In this document: positions 1 through 15,034 of the stretch, in pieces | How the letters are laid out: every line of letters starts with the position of its first letter | Numbering within the stretch: position 1 is the stretch's first letter | NCBI GenBank assembly: GCA_964016885.1 | Contig: OZ024745.1 | Span: 124,868,001-124,932,000, forward strand | DNA: 64,000 bases | Source: Eledone cirrhosa | Taxonomy: Eukaryota | Direction of reading: 5' to 3' | Made by a program: the position numbers and the translations under genes | The notes under the pieces: generated by a model | What the model was told of the DNA's origin: nothing | What the model saw: the letters and a program-made list of their open reading frames with translations, nothing else | Databases searched by the model: none

Positions 1-911
1 TGGAGAAAATTGCAGTTGACGAGCCAACACGGATGACATTTCCAATCGATCCAACTACTAGAAATGTTAGTGAGGTCAACCAAAGATTCACATCCTATCA
101 TTTTGAAAAAAAAAAAAGGAAGAACACAATTGATATTGAAAAAAAAGACAAAAATCATTTGATCATAGGTCAGCTTAATACAAGCTGACTGGAGCTTCTG
201 AAGTTTCATTTCTAAGTTTGAGAAGCGGTGATATGAATAGTGGGGTAAGTATTGTGATGAATTTGCATTTCAATGAATAGTATCAAAAAGTGGACAACAA
301 ATTAAATTACGTTGCATTAATCGCAGAACACACATGCACTCACACTATTGGCATGTTTTGGGATACTATGTTATTACTATACTCTAAATACTATATTCAA
401 CTAGAACCCCTCCAACTATCCGTAATTATTTTTGCAAATATTATACCGTATAATATTATGATATCTTTATAAATGTTCTCGGTCTGATACAGCTCAATCG
501 CATTTATCTGACCGATAAATCATTTTAAATACAGTTTCTGAAAGCCTCAGGTTTCGCTTTAGTACAGACTACTTAAGAACCTTGATACCATGAAGGTTCC
601 TCAGTGTGACAGTTAGAAACAGATGTCAATTTTCAAATATCACCAAATATTACTTATCGGACAATATATTCCTGGGTGTAAAAAAATGAGACGGTCATAA
701 CTTGAATGTTATTGATCAAAGGTATTTTCTAGCGGTGTTGCCCTGAAATTAAATAACATTATCGACATCAAGAACAACTTCAGTTGCAGCAAAAATAAGA
801 TACGCCCTGAATATCTGAGGCGGCAGGTAGAGGCTTGATGTTCACTTCAACAAACTTTCCAGTTAAATAACATCAATAACTGAGACTCAAAGAACAATAA
901 TAATAATAATA

Positions 912-1140
912 ATTGTTTCTACTTTTGGCACAAAACCAGCAAATAATAATAATAATGATATTTTCTACTATTTGTACATGTCCAGCAATTACCCCTGTAC
1001 ATTACTGGTACTTTATTTTATCGAACCCGTAAGTATGAAAGCCAAAGTTAACCTCGGTCGGATTTGAACTCAGAATGGTAAGGGCCGTAACTCTATGCAT
1101 CAAAGTCCTACCCTCTACCGATACTCCCAATTCACCACCC
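912..1140 (-). mobile_element. tRNA-derived SINE family A (Meta-SINE-like core), with duplicated 3' tail
   Basis: Reverse complement shows a B box (GTTCAAATCC), a core similar to TTGCCTTTCATCCTTACGGGGTCGATAAAATAAAGTACCAG and an (ATT)n tail. Matches about 12 other copies in the window. Confidence 0.8.
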
Positions 1141-4100
1141 TTCTAATCTGAATATAGTGTGTGTAGATTTCACAGAACTCCATATTCACCTGAGTATTGC
1201 TCCCACTAGCTCTATCACGACCTCAAATTCAGAACAAAATTGTAGTTATCTCCAGTGTAATTATATTTATATAATAAATCATAGCTCGTGCTCTCTAAAG
1301 AATGCCAACCGGATAAGCAAAATTACTTAGATGGCTGTCAAAATATTTAATTCAGAAAACATTAAATGCCCAAATAAATATGTTTATAAGGTGGGGAAAA
1401 GACAATATTAATTAACGGATCCTAATATTTTCATCATTGTTGCAGGTACAACAGTAAACACCAGATAGGTTTCGGTCATATTAAAGCCACACAAAGGGAC
1501 TTCTCCGTACACATTAATATGTTACTCCTTGATAATTATTCTTTCCCTATAGCGATGTAATTCTTTCTCTGTTTATATTCTCTAAAGTACTCTAAAGTGT
1601 GTTGTTTTATATGTGAAATAACAAATGGCATTTTAATTATTTTATACATTCAATGATTTTCCAGACATAATGATTCCGAATATTCTGAAATCCTGAGTCA
1701 AGATCCATTAATATAACCTTTGGCGTTGCCCCTTCGAGCGTAATGTGGGTGAGTCTAATTTCTACAAGCCTAATCAATGCACCTAGTTAAAAGATCCCAA
1801 GTATGGTGCAAATTAATTTTCCCCACATTTTATATCCAGTTTTCTATTTCAAACACATCAATTCATACTCATAGCTTCAATAATAATAATAATTTGGGGT
1901 CTATAATCATGATTACTATGATCGGTATTATAATAATTCTTATACAATCAACCACAACAACATTGCCGTCAATAGCCTTTATAAAATAAGCCCCTTAACC
2001 ATATCATGCTTACATCTACCATTTAAACCAACACTACCTATAACCTGTTGCAACATCTCCGGTAGAGTTACTTACTAATTTCCCACATATATCAGCACTG
2101 GCTGAATCATCTATATACACAATAATCTAAATGAAAACCTTCAGGTTTCATACCGAATCACCTACCAAGATGTACACCACACCTTTATCCCCAATATCTT
2201 CACCAACATTATCAGTAGTCTCATCAGAATTGCTGACATTCGTTATACTAACGAAATCTATGGACATTGCTATAAACATATTGATTTTCGTAGGGGAAAT
2301 GTCATTTGGTTAATCTGTTTTATCCTCTGAAATCTATAAAATACATGCCAACTACTTGACCTTCCTGTTTATAGTATACATCTATGTGTCCATCATATAG
2401 TGATAAATTCATATAAACCAACTCCCACCTTTCTTTCTAAACCTCTTTCCTTCTGTCTCTCATGCACACACGCCATTCACCTATTCCATCTCTTCATATC
2501 AAAAATACACAACACATCAGGGATATCGGATCTTTCGAAATGTAATTGACGGGTTTTATCACACGACCACACATATTAAAAGAGTGTGGTAACCTTTCTC
2601 CGACAACAGCAGTACGTGCCTGGGATTTATTTTTCTGTGGTCAATATTAAGAAAAAAATTTAACAAGGAATGCTCAATTGCAAAACTAACTTCATTAATA
2701 TGAAATACTAAGCGACAGTCTTTTGTAGCGCTAAATATTCTTCTAACAATGATGATCCGAATACATATTTAAAATATATTTACCGAATTGCTAATCAAAG
2801 CATAATGATTAGTTTGTGGAAACAAACTCTGTTGATATGTTCAGGCGTGTAACGAAAAAATGTGAATATACATATTTGTGCATTAACGTGCAAGTCTTTG
2901 CTGCACTCTTCTATCACCGAAATTTATAAATGGATGTCCAAATATTAGCTTAGCTTCAATCTGTTTAAATCTAATACATAAACAAACAAACTGGGAATCC
3001 AGGAACAAACAAGTTTCCCTAACTTGACACCCATTCTGTTACAAATAACAATGACAATCCACCCATCTTACACTATCTTGCGAAACATTATCTGGTGCCT
3101 GGAAAAATTTGGGGTGATTACGACTGGATTATATAAATATCCTCGTTCAGGTTTGACATAAAACTAAACAACCTGGAAAAGAAAATACGGATTCACCGAT
3201 CCTTATTATATAGTAATATAATTAAATGATATAGCTGCGTATATCGTGGTAGTAATATCGTTGTAGATATGCATTTAGTTCACTCATCTTTGGTTGAAGG
3301 TGGTTGAAAACAAGGGAAGATAATCGATTAAATCAGGGAAACAATCGACTAAATTCTATTTGAATTTTCAGAGATAATCAAGACAATGGGAACATATGAA
3401 ATAATATACGAAGTTTATAACTTAATAATATAATCCATTCTCCTTACACATTAATTCCACCTATATTCTAACATTTTCAAAGTATTAAAGGCTGATTATG
3501 CTTGCAGAAATATGTACATGAAAATTGTTATATTTAGGTAAATTCTACTTTTTGCATTGTATTGTATAGTAATAACATACCACAAAACATGGTAATTTAA
3601 TGAAAATGTAATTACAATGCCATTATATCTCAATGGGAATATAAATATAAAGGTGGTACAAGGATAGATGCATAAGAAAACAACTTAAGAGGTAAAGAAC
3701 TCTGAGGACAACTGAAACATATCTCATGCAGGGGTTTCGGCCTTATTTACACAATAGAGTTCTTAATGATATTTCAAAATGAAAAGCTTCTTTTTCAAAC
3801 AAGAGGTTTTATTCACATGAAAATTTACCTTGTTAGGTTTTGGGATAAGAGTTCGATTCCGTATGCGCAGGTGAGTCATAATATTGTAATACATGTTGAA
3901 AATGATAACAAAGAAGGTAAATGTTAGTGGTTATTTTACCTATTGCTTTACGATAATTTAATATGGCAGAATTAATAGAGCCAAAAACTTTTATTGATAT
4001 ATTCAATAATTAATAACAGATATGCAAAACGAAATGGATTAAGATCAGGAAAAAGAGGAGGCACAAATCAGATAATCATAGGGGAGGTCACAGAATGTGT

Positions 4101-4228
4101 GAGGAAAGAACTTTGATGGACAAATGAATAACGAACAATAAAGATAAAGTGAAAGGGAAAATTATATGGTGCGTGTGTTTCTTTCTCTTGGCAATATTGG
4201 CAACATGTCAACCCCCATATATAACAAT

Positions 4229-4425
4229 ATATTTATTGAAATAACAGATTAAAGTTTAAGCAAAGAATCGCTGCTTTCACCCTTAACGGGATCCCCTTAA
4301 GGGTGAATGCAGCGATTCTTTCCTTAAACTTTAACATGTTATTTTAATAAATATTCGCTCTATGGATCTTATATATGTATCCTTATCGAGCCCTCTTTGG
4401 ATTTTAGTCTTCACATTTATTATTA
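4229..4425. mobile_element. Non-coding hairpin+tail element, family H2
   Basis: Imperfect palindrome of about 63-bp arms (4229-4354) centred on GGGATCCC, plus a tail. Related pieces at 19211-19330, 35790-35898 and 51513-51603. TA-rich flanks. Confidence 0.65.
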
Positions 4426-4584
4426 TTATATAACAATATATATATATAAATGTAATCTGAGTTTTTCGAATATTAATAATAACATTCGATTCCTTTGCAA
4501 TTATGCAAACAAGCCTCAATTTTAAAGCCATGTCAGTAGAATGAACCCTTCATTTTTGTCCTTGTGTTGGAATGTAAACAGAAT

Positions 4585-4626
4585 TGCAGACACTAATGTT
4601 TCTGGATATCACCCTTCATCAGTACA
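4585..4626 (-). ncRNA. Minimal type I hammerhead ribozyme-like motif (degenerate)
   Basis: Minus strand reads TGTA-CTGATGA-AGGGTGATATCCA-GAAA-CATTAGTG-TC-TGCA. GUC triplet and near-palindromic stem III. Confidence 0.55.
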
Positions 4627-4848
4627 GCTCAGTCTGGCTCAAATTCTGAATAGAACCTTAAACACAAGAAAGTTGCGAAAACATTACTAATGAATTGTAT
4701 GCATTAATATGGATGTGTGTTTCCTGAAACACAGAGACAGAGAAATGCATATAAGGTAACACTTATCTGAGTCGCTGATCAATTTCTTTTCGTTTCTAAT
4801 CAAAATGCAGTAGGTTACGAAGTTGATCACAAGCAATATATACATAAC

Positions 4849-4906
<58 letters not shown>

Positions 4907-5089
4907 TGTAGGTAAATCTACCAAAATATACGGTAGTGTCCAATCCGTATTAAGAACTCAATGTAATCGAAATATCACGAAAAGAGAAGATGCATTCAAA
5001 AATTTTCGATGAAAATCACAGGAAAACAGACTCATATATATATATATATACATATCTATATATATACATCTATATATATATATATATAC

Positions 5090-5473
<384 letters not shown>

Positions 5474-6028
5474 CTATCTCTCTCTCTCTCTCTGTATATA
5501 TATGATGGCTGTAAACTATGCTAAGTGTATTGCAATCACTTGTCAGATTATAGAGTTTGGCACAATGTTAGGCTATGGCCAACCGCGCGCACCTGTAACA
5601 GGTCATGAACAGGCAATGCCTCTGCTTCTGGAGGTTTTTTAAGGGAAGAAAGGCCTTGCACTCGACCAATCCTACTCTCTGACCTTCGAAAACACTACAC
5701 GAAAAGGAGAACTGTTCAACATGATCGGATGCTTCCAAAGCCACAGGTTTCCCTCTCTTAGAAAGATGTTGTGACAACAACTGGGGGCATTTCACTCCCA
5801 GGTGAAAAACAAAAAAAAAGTACTATTTGGATGGCCATTGAATCTGCTGAGTTACTCCGCCCTTTGCCGAGTCTTGTATTTCATCCCGTAGGGTGTCAAT
5901 ATATCACCCTCCTCACCAAGCAAGCTTGGTGGGGTTGCCGGTTTAGTTGCCAACGACCCGACCATGAGACAGGTTGTACTGTGTTACATGTTACCAGTAG
6001 CACTCGAGAGCGACCTGACACATATATA

Positions 6029-6128
<100 letters not shown>

Positions 6129-6172
6129 CAATATATTAATAAATGGAAACTATATTTATAAAAAAACATATT

Positions 6173-6238
6173 TATTTTATTATACATATTTCAAGGGCAA
6201 CCAAGGCGAATTAGGGTGCGCTTTCATCAGATAGAATA
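6173..6238 (-). ncRNA. Type I hammerhead ribozyme motif, family with TATATA stem III
   Basis: Minus strand reads TATTCTAT-CTGATGA-AAGCGCACCC..GGTTGCCCTT-GAAA-TATGTA-TA-ATAAAATA. Flanks are homologous to 54712-55086. Confidence 0.6.
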
Positions 6239-6298
6239 CAGATTTGTTTTATAAATGAATATTGACATTAAATATAACCGGAAATTAAATATAACCTC

Positions 6299-6338
<40 letters not shown>

Positions 6339-7319
6339 AATATAAACAGAGAGAGATAGATGGAGAGAGAGAGATATAGGAGGAGGAGGAGGAGAGAGAA
6401 TAGGTAAGACAGATAATTATCTTGAAGTTACGAAAGGAAATTATAAATAACATAAACATTCACGTATATACGTACACACGATCAGAAATTCTGAACTTTT
6501 GCCAAAATGCTTATATTCCTATTAAACAGTTCAATGATTTAAGAAACAGCAATTTAAATGTGGATATTCTATGTTTGGGGACAAGTGGTGTAAGCGAAAC
6601 TTCATTAAATTCTTCTATGTATTTTGGGCCCTGAAGTCATCTTATATATATATGTATATTCATGTATGTCCAAGGCAAATATTTATTTATATTAAAGGCT
6701 TTTTCATATATTCAATAAATTCCAATTAGAAATCCCTAATACACGTACAAGGTATGAGTTTACTCCAGTTTTACTCCGCACCGAATATTAATGTATATAT
6801 TCATACGCACATATATATTTACATATATAAAAGAAGCCCCTATGTATATATTAGTGTATGTTTCTGTGCATGTGTGTTAATTCATGCACACATATGAGAA
6901 CGTCCGCATATATGCTTAGAGGCACACGAAAAGCAGTTATTTATCCCATGTGTCAGAGTCATCAAGTTCCGGTAAATGTAATAATATAATAATATTCAAT
7001 AAAAATAGCCCACAGAGACTTTCAAAATTCATCTTGGGAAATAAATATTTGGATTTTTCAGCGTCGATATGATAGCTATTGTTATCTGTTTTGTATGTAA
7101 TCACTCCTTGAGCAAGCAAATATAACGGAAGTAGGGGATTAATTGAGGCAAGAATTATCAATTTAATATTGCCTCGTATGGTTGCTTCTGTCTGTTGACA
7201 GCTCCCGATTGCTTCGATTCTTCGACCCTCGTTTTAAAATCATTATACTGCGAATTAAATACAAACGATATAGGCTAGATATCAGTATATTATTGAATTT
7301 ATTACAATATTCATAATAA

Positions 7320-7610
7320 TTGTTTCTACTTTTGACAAAGGCCAGCAATTATTCCAGTGCATTACTGGTACTTTATTTTATCGACTCCGTAAGGATGAAA
7401 GGCAAAGTTAACCTTGGCAGGATTTGAACTCAGATCGTAAAGGGACGTAACTATGCTGGAAAGCATGGCGTCCGACTCTCTACCGATACTGCCAGTGAAA
7501 CTTGAAATATTTCCCCGTAGTTGATTATTTCTCAATTATTCTCAATAAAATAAAATACCAGTAATGCACTGAGTAATTGCTGGCCTTGTGCCAAAATAGA
7601 AACAATTATT
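7320..7610. mobile_element. SINE family A (7320-7495, minus) with an inverted 3' fragment (about 7547-7610, plus)
   Basis: Same core and tail as the other family A copies, in opposite orientations. Confidence 0.8.
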
Positions 7611-9839
7611 TCTCAATTATTCATTATTTCATTATTTCTGAATTAGTTCTATAATTAAATCAAATAAGTTAGCAACTCCTTCCTACGTGATGTTTTGGTA
7701 AATCAGCTCCCAATATATAATTCCCTTTGTGTAACAATTCACTAGCATGATTTGTATTATATATTTTTAACAGTTTAATGTGTAGGAGGTGGTTGAGTTC
7801 ACGTCCTTAGCAGGTATAAATGACAAGGTTCGACCAATTTTCTTTAACAGCTAAAATCGATAGCTGCAGTAGAATTCTGCATGGAAGGATTCTCAGTGTT
7901 AGTACTGCTTAATATTCATAATATTTTAGACATTTATTGAATGTGAATTCTGCAATGTTGGTATTGATAATTTTATCGTAGGACGTTTGGATTTAGAGAG
8001 GTGGTGAGCATGCGAGATGAGCGCTACATGGGTGCATACTTCGTATTTCGAATATTACAGAAGATAGGATATTCGGTGAAAGCCTTCTAAGTTGTTGACA
8101 AGTAGTATAGGTATCGTGTTTGTGTTTGACGAACTGCTGCAGCATCTCTGAGGTAACAATTAGGAGAGGTTGAGATATGCATTGTGGTTCTCTGTGTGAT
8201 GAAGTAGTTGCATATCTAAGATGTAATAATGTTTCTCTTCCCATGATTATTTCTTAACTGTCTTCTACTATGCAGTCATTATAATTACATTCAATGTTTG
8301 GAACTGGTGGTATTCGATTAATCAGAAGACCTGAAGCATCAAATAGGTCGGGCGTTACATGTTTTGTATAGCTTGTATATGTTTAATATGTAGAGGAGAG
8401 CATTATATTTGGAGGATACACTGAATTCAATGTTGTTGGTTAGTCAGCATTGAATGGATTGGATATAACTAATTATTGTGTTGATGATTGTAAATGATGA
8501 CTTCTCAGCGGTCGCAATACAGTTTCTAATGTGTGCAAGGCCGATGAAGATTTCTGGACATATGAATCACTGCTAAAGTGGGCCATTATTAGGTTGCCGT
8601 GAATGATTACATGTTCAATAGATGTGTCCGTTAAGCGGTAGAGAAAGAGGATATTGTTACAAAATTAGAGACCTGAGATGTTAAATCAGAACTGCAAGTA
8701 TTATTACCTGATATCTATTGGAAGGTGTGGTGTATGGCCAAAGATAATTTATGGAGTGAAGTTTGAGAATGAAATGTAACTTGAATCAATATAGTAAGTA
8801 ACGTAATTTTTAGTTAAAATTATATTAATACATAAGGAAGTATTAGCCCAATTATATTTATTTAAATATACATTTAAAACCCTAATTACACGAAATGAAA
8901 TAATCATAATATAGTAAATATCTAGACAATAGTATGATAGCAATCGCGTTTTATGTAACAAACCAACACAATTTAAAACGTTGTGAGACAAAGAAAATAA
9001 TACGGACAAAAATTCAGAGAATGAATACATTTTTCATTAAAATATATTGAGAATTTAGCAAATATTTCCAATACTAATTTTAAAGAGTCGCGAATAATTA
9101 TTTTACTTCAATAATTTTTTTGCTTTGATTTCTCCCAGAGGAAAAATACCATATCACAATATACTATTTTAAAAAGAAATTATTGATAGTAAATATTTAC
9201 TTTGTCATTTATGAGAATATGAAATCATAATAAAAATGGAATATACTAATAAATAAGAAATATTAGAATGCAACATAAAATTGTATTGTAACATAAATAA
9301 ATAAAAAAAATGATATTTTATGAATTATTTTACAACAAACAGCTTAGAAATGACAGATGCAGAATAATGAATGGCAGAAAATGGCTGACATATATTTAAT
9401 AAAGATGAAAATTATTTTTTAAATTTTTTTTTCGATATTTAATACAGAAGAAAAATATTTGTCATTCATTTTTTTTGTTTTGAGTCCTTTAAATCATTTC
9501 TATTGATATTTTATTTTTCCAAAAGATTGAATGAAATAAAATATGATAAATGTTGCAAAGATAAAAGATTATTAGGTTGTTTAGACAAGATAATTCCCTA
9601 CATATCAAGGTTTGAAAATATCAAATATTGAAAAAAGAATATTAATAAGCTACTAGTAAGAGAACTGTAAACTGAAAATATGGAAACATAATACTAAAAT
9701 AAAGAATGGTAAGTATACACAAAAATACACATGTATCAAATATATATATTTATTGTCAAACAAACAGGATACACATACACATACATACACATACATACTA
9801 CACACACGCACACACACATATATATATATATATACATGA

Positions 9840-9886
<47 letters not shown>

Positions 9887-10097
9887 CGCGTGTGTGTGTG
9901 TGTGTGTGTGTACATGCATACATGGCCTTTCAAAAGCTGTTGATTTCGTTGGGGTGCCGAAGACTCTTTAAATGTGGTGGATTCTAAAGGAAGAGAGATG
10001 ATGCAAGAAAGAGAAAGAGAAATAGAAGAGAATTCCCCAGTACTAAACTAGAAGTTAGTTTACTTATTTACTTATCGACCATGCAATGATTAAGAGC

Positions 10098-10170
<73 letters not shown>

Positions 10171-10173
<3 letters not shown>

Positions 10174-12180
10174 TAAAAAGGAAAAGAAAATGCTGACAGA
10201 TTTATTCCAGTGAAAAATAGTTTAATTAGGAATAAGTATAAATTAGTAATAAGTAATGGTTAGTATTCAGTGTTAGTTTTAAGGTTTTTACCGGTTGCGC
10301 ATTTCAAATGCTTTTCAAAAATAATTTTGAGATAGAGCGTTCGCGATTTGGTTGGTTCTTGAATGTCACGTGAATAAGTACTATAATTTTGATTGGTCGG
10401 TAGAAGTCACGTGAATGTTCAATAATAAAAGAGGTGAAATGATGTATAGTATTTTCATAACACCAAAGTGTGTGTGAGTGTGTCCAGATTGTACGTACTG
10501 CAAGGGAATCCATTAGGCCCTGCCGTATGGGATACTTGTGGATAGAAATGTATGTAGGATGTATATTAATGTAGGTATGTATGTGGACGTATGTGTGTAT
10601 GTTGTGGGTTCGTCTTAGGGAGGAGTGTTTAGACGGGATCCGTATTTGTTAATAAAGTGAGATTCCTTGCTGATGCGCTGGGTGTGGGTGGCATCATCTT
10701 TAAATTTGTAGAGGGGGAAAGATTCTAAAGCTGGGATGATTTTGGGCGGCACAAGTACCAATGTACTCAGCGGTATTTTTCTGTATTCCCGTATTTTGAT
10801 TTGGGATCTATGACAGTCATGCGTTGGCGGAGGCTGTTCTTTGTCTGGCCTATGTATTGTTTTCGACAACCTGAGCAAGTTAATACATATATTACGTTTT
10901 CTGATGCGCATGTGAAATTGTGCTTTACTATAAAACGTTGTCCCTGTTTGAAATAGAATTCCGAACCCTCTATTAGGTTGATGCATATGCCACAGTTTGG
11001 TCTATCGCATTTTTTTTACTGTGGGTTTCGTTGTTGTCGTCGGTAGTACCTTGGCATGTGTTAGGATGTTTTTCATTGACTTAGATTGTCTTTTGCTCTT
11101 TATGATATCATGTGTTCGTAGGATTTGGTTCATTCTATGGTCCTTCTATAACACAGGGATGTTCTGGAGGATAGTGTCAAAGGCCTCATTGTTGAGGGGG
11201 TTGTGTCTGGAGATGTATGGAAGAGCTTTTAGTTTCGGTTGGTTTACTTTAGGGTTTCTAAGGTCCTGGGTACTGAGTTTCAGGGCACGTTGGATTCCAT
11301 TGTAAATTAGTGATGCAGGGTAGTCCCTGTCTATGAGTGTGTCCTTTAGTTCTTGTAGCCGTAAGTAGCAGATGTTTTTATTGGAGACTATAGTACAGAT
11401 TCTCTTGCCTAAGTTGTAGGGAATATTAATGTTAACGAGTCTAGGGTGGCAAGAATTGAAAGGAAGATATTGCTTGGAGTCTGTGGTCTTGTAGTATATG
11501 TCTGTTTCTATTTTATTGTTATGAATCTTAATGAGGATGTCGAGGAAGGGGAGTTGTTGATGGCTGTATTCCATTGTAACATTAATATTCGTGTTGAGCC
11601 CATTTATAAGGGTGTGAAATTCTTTAAGTTTCTCGATGTTTTCGTGCCAAAGGATGAAGCCGTCATCGCTTTCAGTTCTTTTCTATGTGTAAGTGGAGAG
11701 TGTTTCCAAATGTGTTTAGTACTTTAGTGTAGAGGGTGATTTCCAGGTATCCCATGACAAGGATGGCATAAGTGGGGGCCGTTTTTGAAAACGAAGTAAT
11801 TGTTCTCCAAGGTAAAATTGAGTCCTTCTATTAAGAATTCCTTTTTGATGCGTTGTGGCAGTTCCTTGTGGAAATTATCCAGCCAGAATTGGATAGCTTC
11901 TATTCCTGAGGTTGTGAGGGACGTTGGAGTATAGGTTGACTACATCGAACGTCACTAGTAGGGTTTGTTCAGTAAAGGGTATATTAGGGAAGTGGTTGAG
12001 CATATCTAGGTCGTCCCTTATATAGCTTTTAATGTGTTTGAGAAAAAGCTTGAGAAGGGTATGAATGAAGTTGCTAAGGCGGTGGGTTTCGCAAGCGGGG
12101 CCTGCCACGATAGGTCTTAATTTGAGATCATTTGGTGAGGGGACATTGATGACTATGTCTGTGGCCTCCTTGCATGCCTT
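10171..12180 (-). mobile_element. Penelope-like retroelement, 5'-truncated and frameshifted (RT + GIY-YIG), inserted in (TA)n
   Basis: Minus-strand peptides [77 protein letters not shown] and GIY-YIG NVIYVLTCSGCRKQYIGQT. (TA)n on both sides. Decayed HHR (TTGAAAA-GCATT..AATGC-GCAA-CCGG-TA) at about 10288-10320. Confidence 0.9.
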
Positions 12181-12223
12181 ACCTATATATATATATATAT
12201 ATTTTTTTTTTGCATTGTATATA

Positions 12224-12347
<124 letters not shown>

Positions 12348-12544
12348 CAATGTAAACATTACCTCTTTAAGACAACCCACTGTACTAATAAGAAATGTGT
12401 TTATGTAGAATAAATCCACAAATAAATTGTATAATTAGAAATGTAGTCTATAACATAAGATATAGAGAGGGTACTTGCAGAAACATGACCACGACATACA
12501 TCAGAAATAGAGCTCGTAGAATAGAGGGTGAACTAAAAAGATAA

Positions 12545-13350
12545 AAATTTGGTTCGGTACTATGTGAACATACGAGGAAGACATGCTGGTAATATAAACA
12601 ACATAGAAATTAGAATAATATCTAAACATAGAAATGACTCAACAGGTTGACAAATCAGAGACTGAATACAACTAAGAAAACTGAAGTTGAAAAGAACAAA
12701 ATGAATGGAATAATAACAACAACAACCATACACAAACACACAATAGTAACCTAAGATAAATATTAATAATTTTTTTGGAAACTCTGCTTCGAAGAATCGA
12801 GACGTATCATGCGATTTCAGAGTCAGGTTCGATAATTGCATCGATCGTGCCTCAAGCTGGTCTCTGGAGAAACGATTGCCTAATAAACGATTGTCTAAAA
12901 AATATGTGTAATAAATTTTAATTCGTCGCACCACTGATTCTCCGTTTCTTATGTTATATTATACTTTGCGCTGTAAGAGCATCGAGTGCTCAAACGGCCT
13001 ACCGCAAACATCCCACACCAATTATATATATATACATATATATACCTCATTTCCCGGCGCCGAAGTCGCTTCGTCCTCGAGGACGCACCCCAAGTTTGAC
13101 AACCAAAAATTGGATAAGAAAAGTAATAATCAACCTTTGGCCTCCAGGACGATTGGTAGAATTTTTAGACTTATTTTAGGAAAAAAGTAGCGTCCTCAAC
13201 GCCGGGAAATATATTTAACCGTTGGTCAATCAATGATAAACATTGATTGGCTGCTAAATTAACTATAGGAATATAAAATATACAGCATCGAAAACCAATC
13301 CAAACCAAATAGTGAGTCTGTTTTATAATGATTCCTCGCAATATTATAAC
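12545..13350 (+). mobile_element. PLE 3' relic (endonuclease C-terminus and 3' region), homologous to 15035-15700
   Basis: Shares CAACATAGAAATTAGAATAATATCTAAACATAGAAATGAC with the second copy, and 13215-13350 aligns with 15575-15700. Confidence 0.55.
13045..13212. mobile_element. Tc1/mariner (Tc2-like) MITE nested in the PLE relic
   Basis: Terminal inverted repeat ATTTCCCGGCG / CGCCGGGAAAT, internal GAGGACGC / GCGTCCTC, TA flanks. Confidence 0.6.
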
Positions 13351-14361
13351 AATATGATCCTCCCCTAATACAAGAATATTTGTTTCAACCTATATCTATG
13401 GATGTGTATGAATACACAAACTATTCAGCACCAAACTGGCAATAATAGACCTTAGCAAATAGAGAAGGTTATCGTTAGATATACCCCAACGAGGGTATAG
13501 TACGTCTTTTTACTATCATTGTAGCGAGAGAATATATTCCGTTGTTTAACTTCATGATAAGTATTTTTTTGTGTATTTCAGTGAATTTCTTTCAGGCATC
13601 GAACACTAGACACTGCGCATCAACGGTATCAATCTCACATTAGATGCCCTCGAAAATAACATGGAAAAAATCAGAAAAATTGAAGTATTTATATTAGTTG
13701 TAAGAAAGGAAGAAGAGAGGGGATAGTATATGACAGATGGCAATTCAATTTACTGGTAAACAAGTATATAAAAGATTTCTAATGAGAATACAATGAGTAT
13801 AAGGCTTATTTTATCTAAATAAGAATTTTTTGGGAGTGCCTATTTTAATCTATACTTGACCAATTGAACAATGGACAGGGCTGGTCGTTTGGTGTAGTAG
13901 TATTAATAGATATAAAATGTCAATTAAGGAAGAGGGAGATGTTCACTGCTACTGTATAACAACAATGCTGGTAGCCTGCTGGTATATGCATTAGGGAATT
14001 GAATTAAGAAATCTCATTTTATCTATAGCAGTTTATATTAAATGGTAAAGAATAGAAGAGTTGATAGAATTAATACTAATAGAGAATGTTAATATGTATT
14101 TTGACAATCAAACGGAGATGGAGTCAGGCGTTCAATCCTGGTAGTGTTTGTAATATGAAAATGTAGATTTCAAGCGATGGTTACAATTTATCCAATATCT
14201 ATGAAGAAGTGACAACTGATTATACATTTGCTATCGAATACTTGCTAACATTATATGATTACGCAAGCAGCGATACATAGGTATTCCGTCTGTTATAGAA
14301 ACATATGTCAATACCTAATAAATTCCTTATAAAAGCACTTTCATTTTATATTCATCTTTTC

Positions 14362-14426
<65 letters not shown>

Positions 14427-14860
14427 CTATACACTTATATATATGCATTCGTGGGTGTGTCTATGTGTGTGTGCCTGCGCGCGCGCGTGAATATGTATAT
14501 CAAAAACGTTGGTCGTCAGTGCTAACGAAACGTATGTACTTGGTATGGCACCGTTCTAGTAACTGCCCTTCATAATTCTATTCAAACTCACCATACGGAT
14601 TTGAGCTGCTCTATACCTAGGATATTTTACCTACCTATTACTCCTACACACACACACACACACATATATAAACATATATATATATATTTATGTATTTATT
14701 TATTTTTTCTACACTTTCTCCCACTCACCCTCTCCATTATATTTAGTTTGTCATGTTAGTACTTATGGTATACAAATATTGAGTTTTGTTGTAATTAATC
14801 ACTGCCAAGACTGGAATTGAACCATCAGCACAGTTGAGGTATGTGATACATCAATTTATA

Positions 14861-14926
14861 TATTTCATCTGATGAGGACGTACTGTAAAAACACCACAGT
14901 ACCTCCGAAATATATATAATAAGATA
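14861..14926 (+). ncRNA. Type I hammerhead ribozyme motif, family with TATATA stem III
   Basis: TATTTCAT-CTGATGA-GGACGTACTGT-aaaaacacc-ACAGTACCTCC-GAAA-TATATA-TA-ATAAGATA. Confidence 0.7.
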
Positions 14927-14968
14927 TATTTTAATTACGTTAATGTCTATATTTATTAATATTTTGAA

Positions 14969-15009
<41 letters not shown>

Positions 15010-15034
15010 CGGCGATGAATTACTTTTGCGAGGT

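Noticed and set aside
7760-8700. Further decayed PLE coding relics (also about 22300-22800, 29900-30500, 45400-46150, 46760-47340, 49000-50350)
   Set aside because: Only faint motif echoes by eye; boundaries and identity cannot be supported without tBLASTn or HMM searches.
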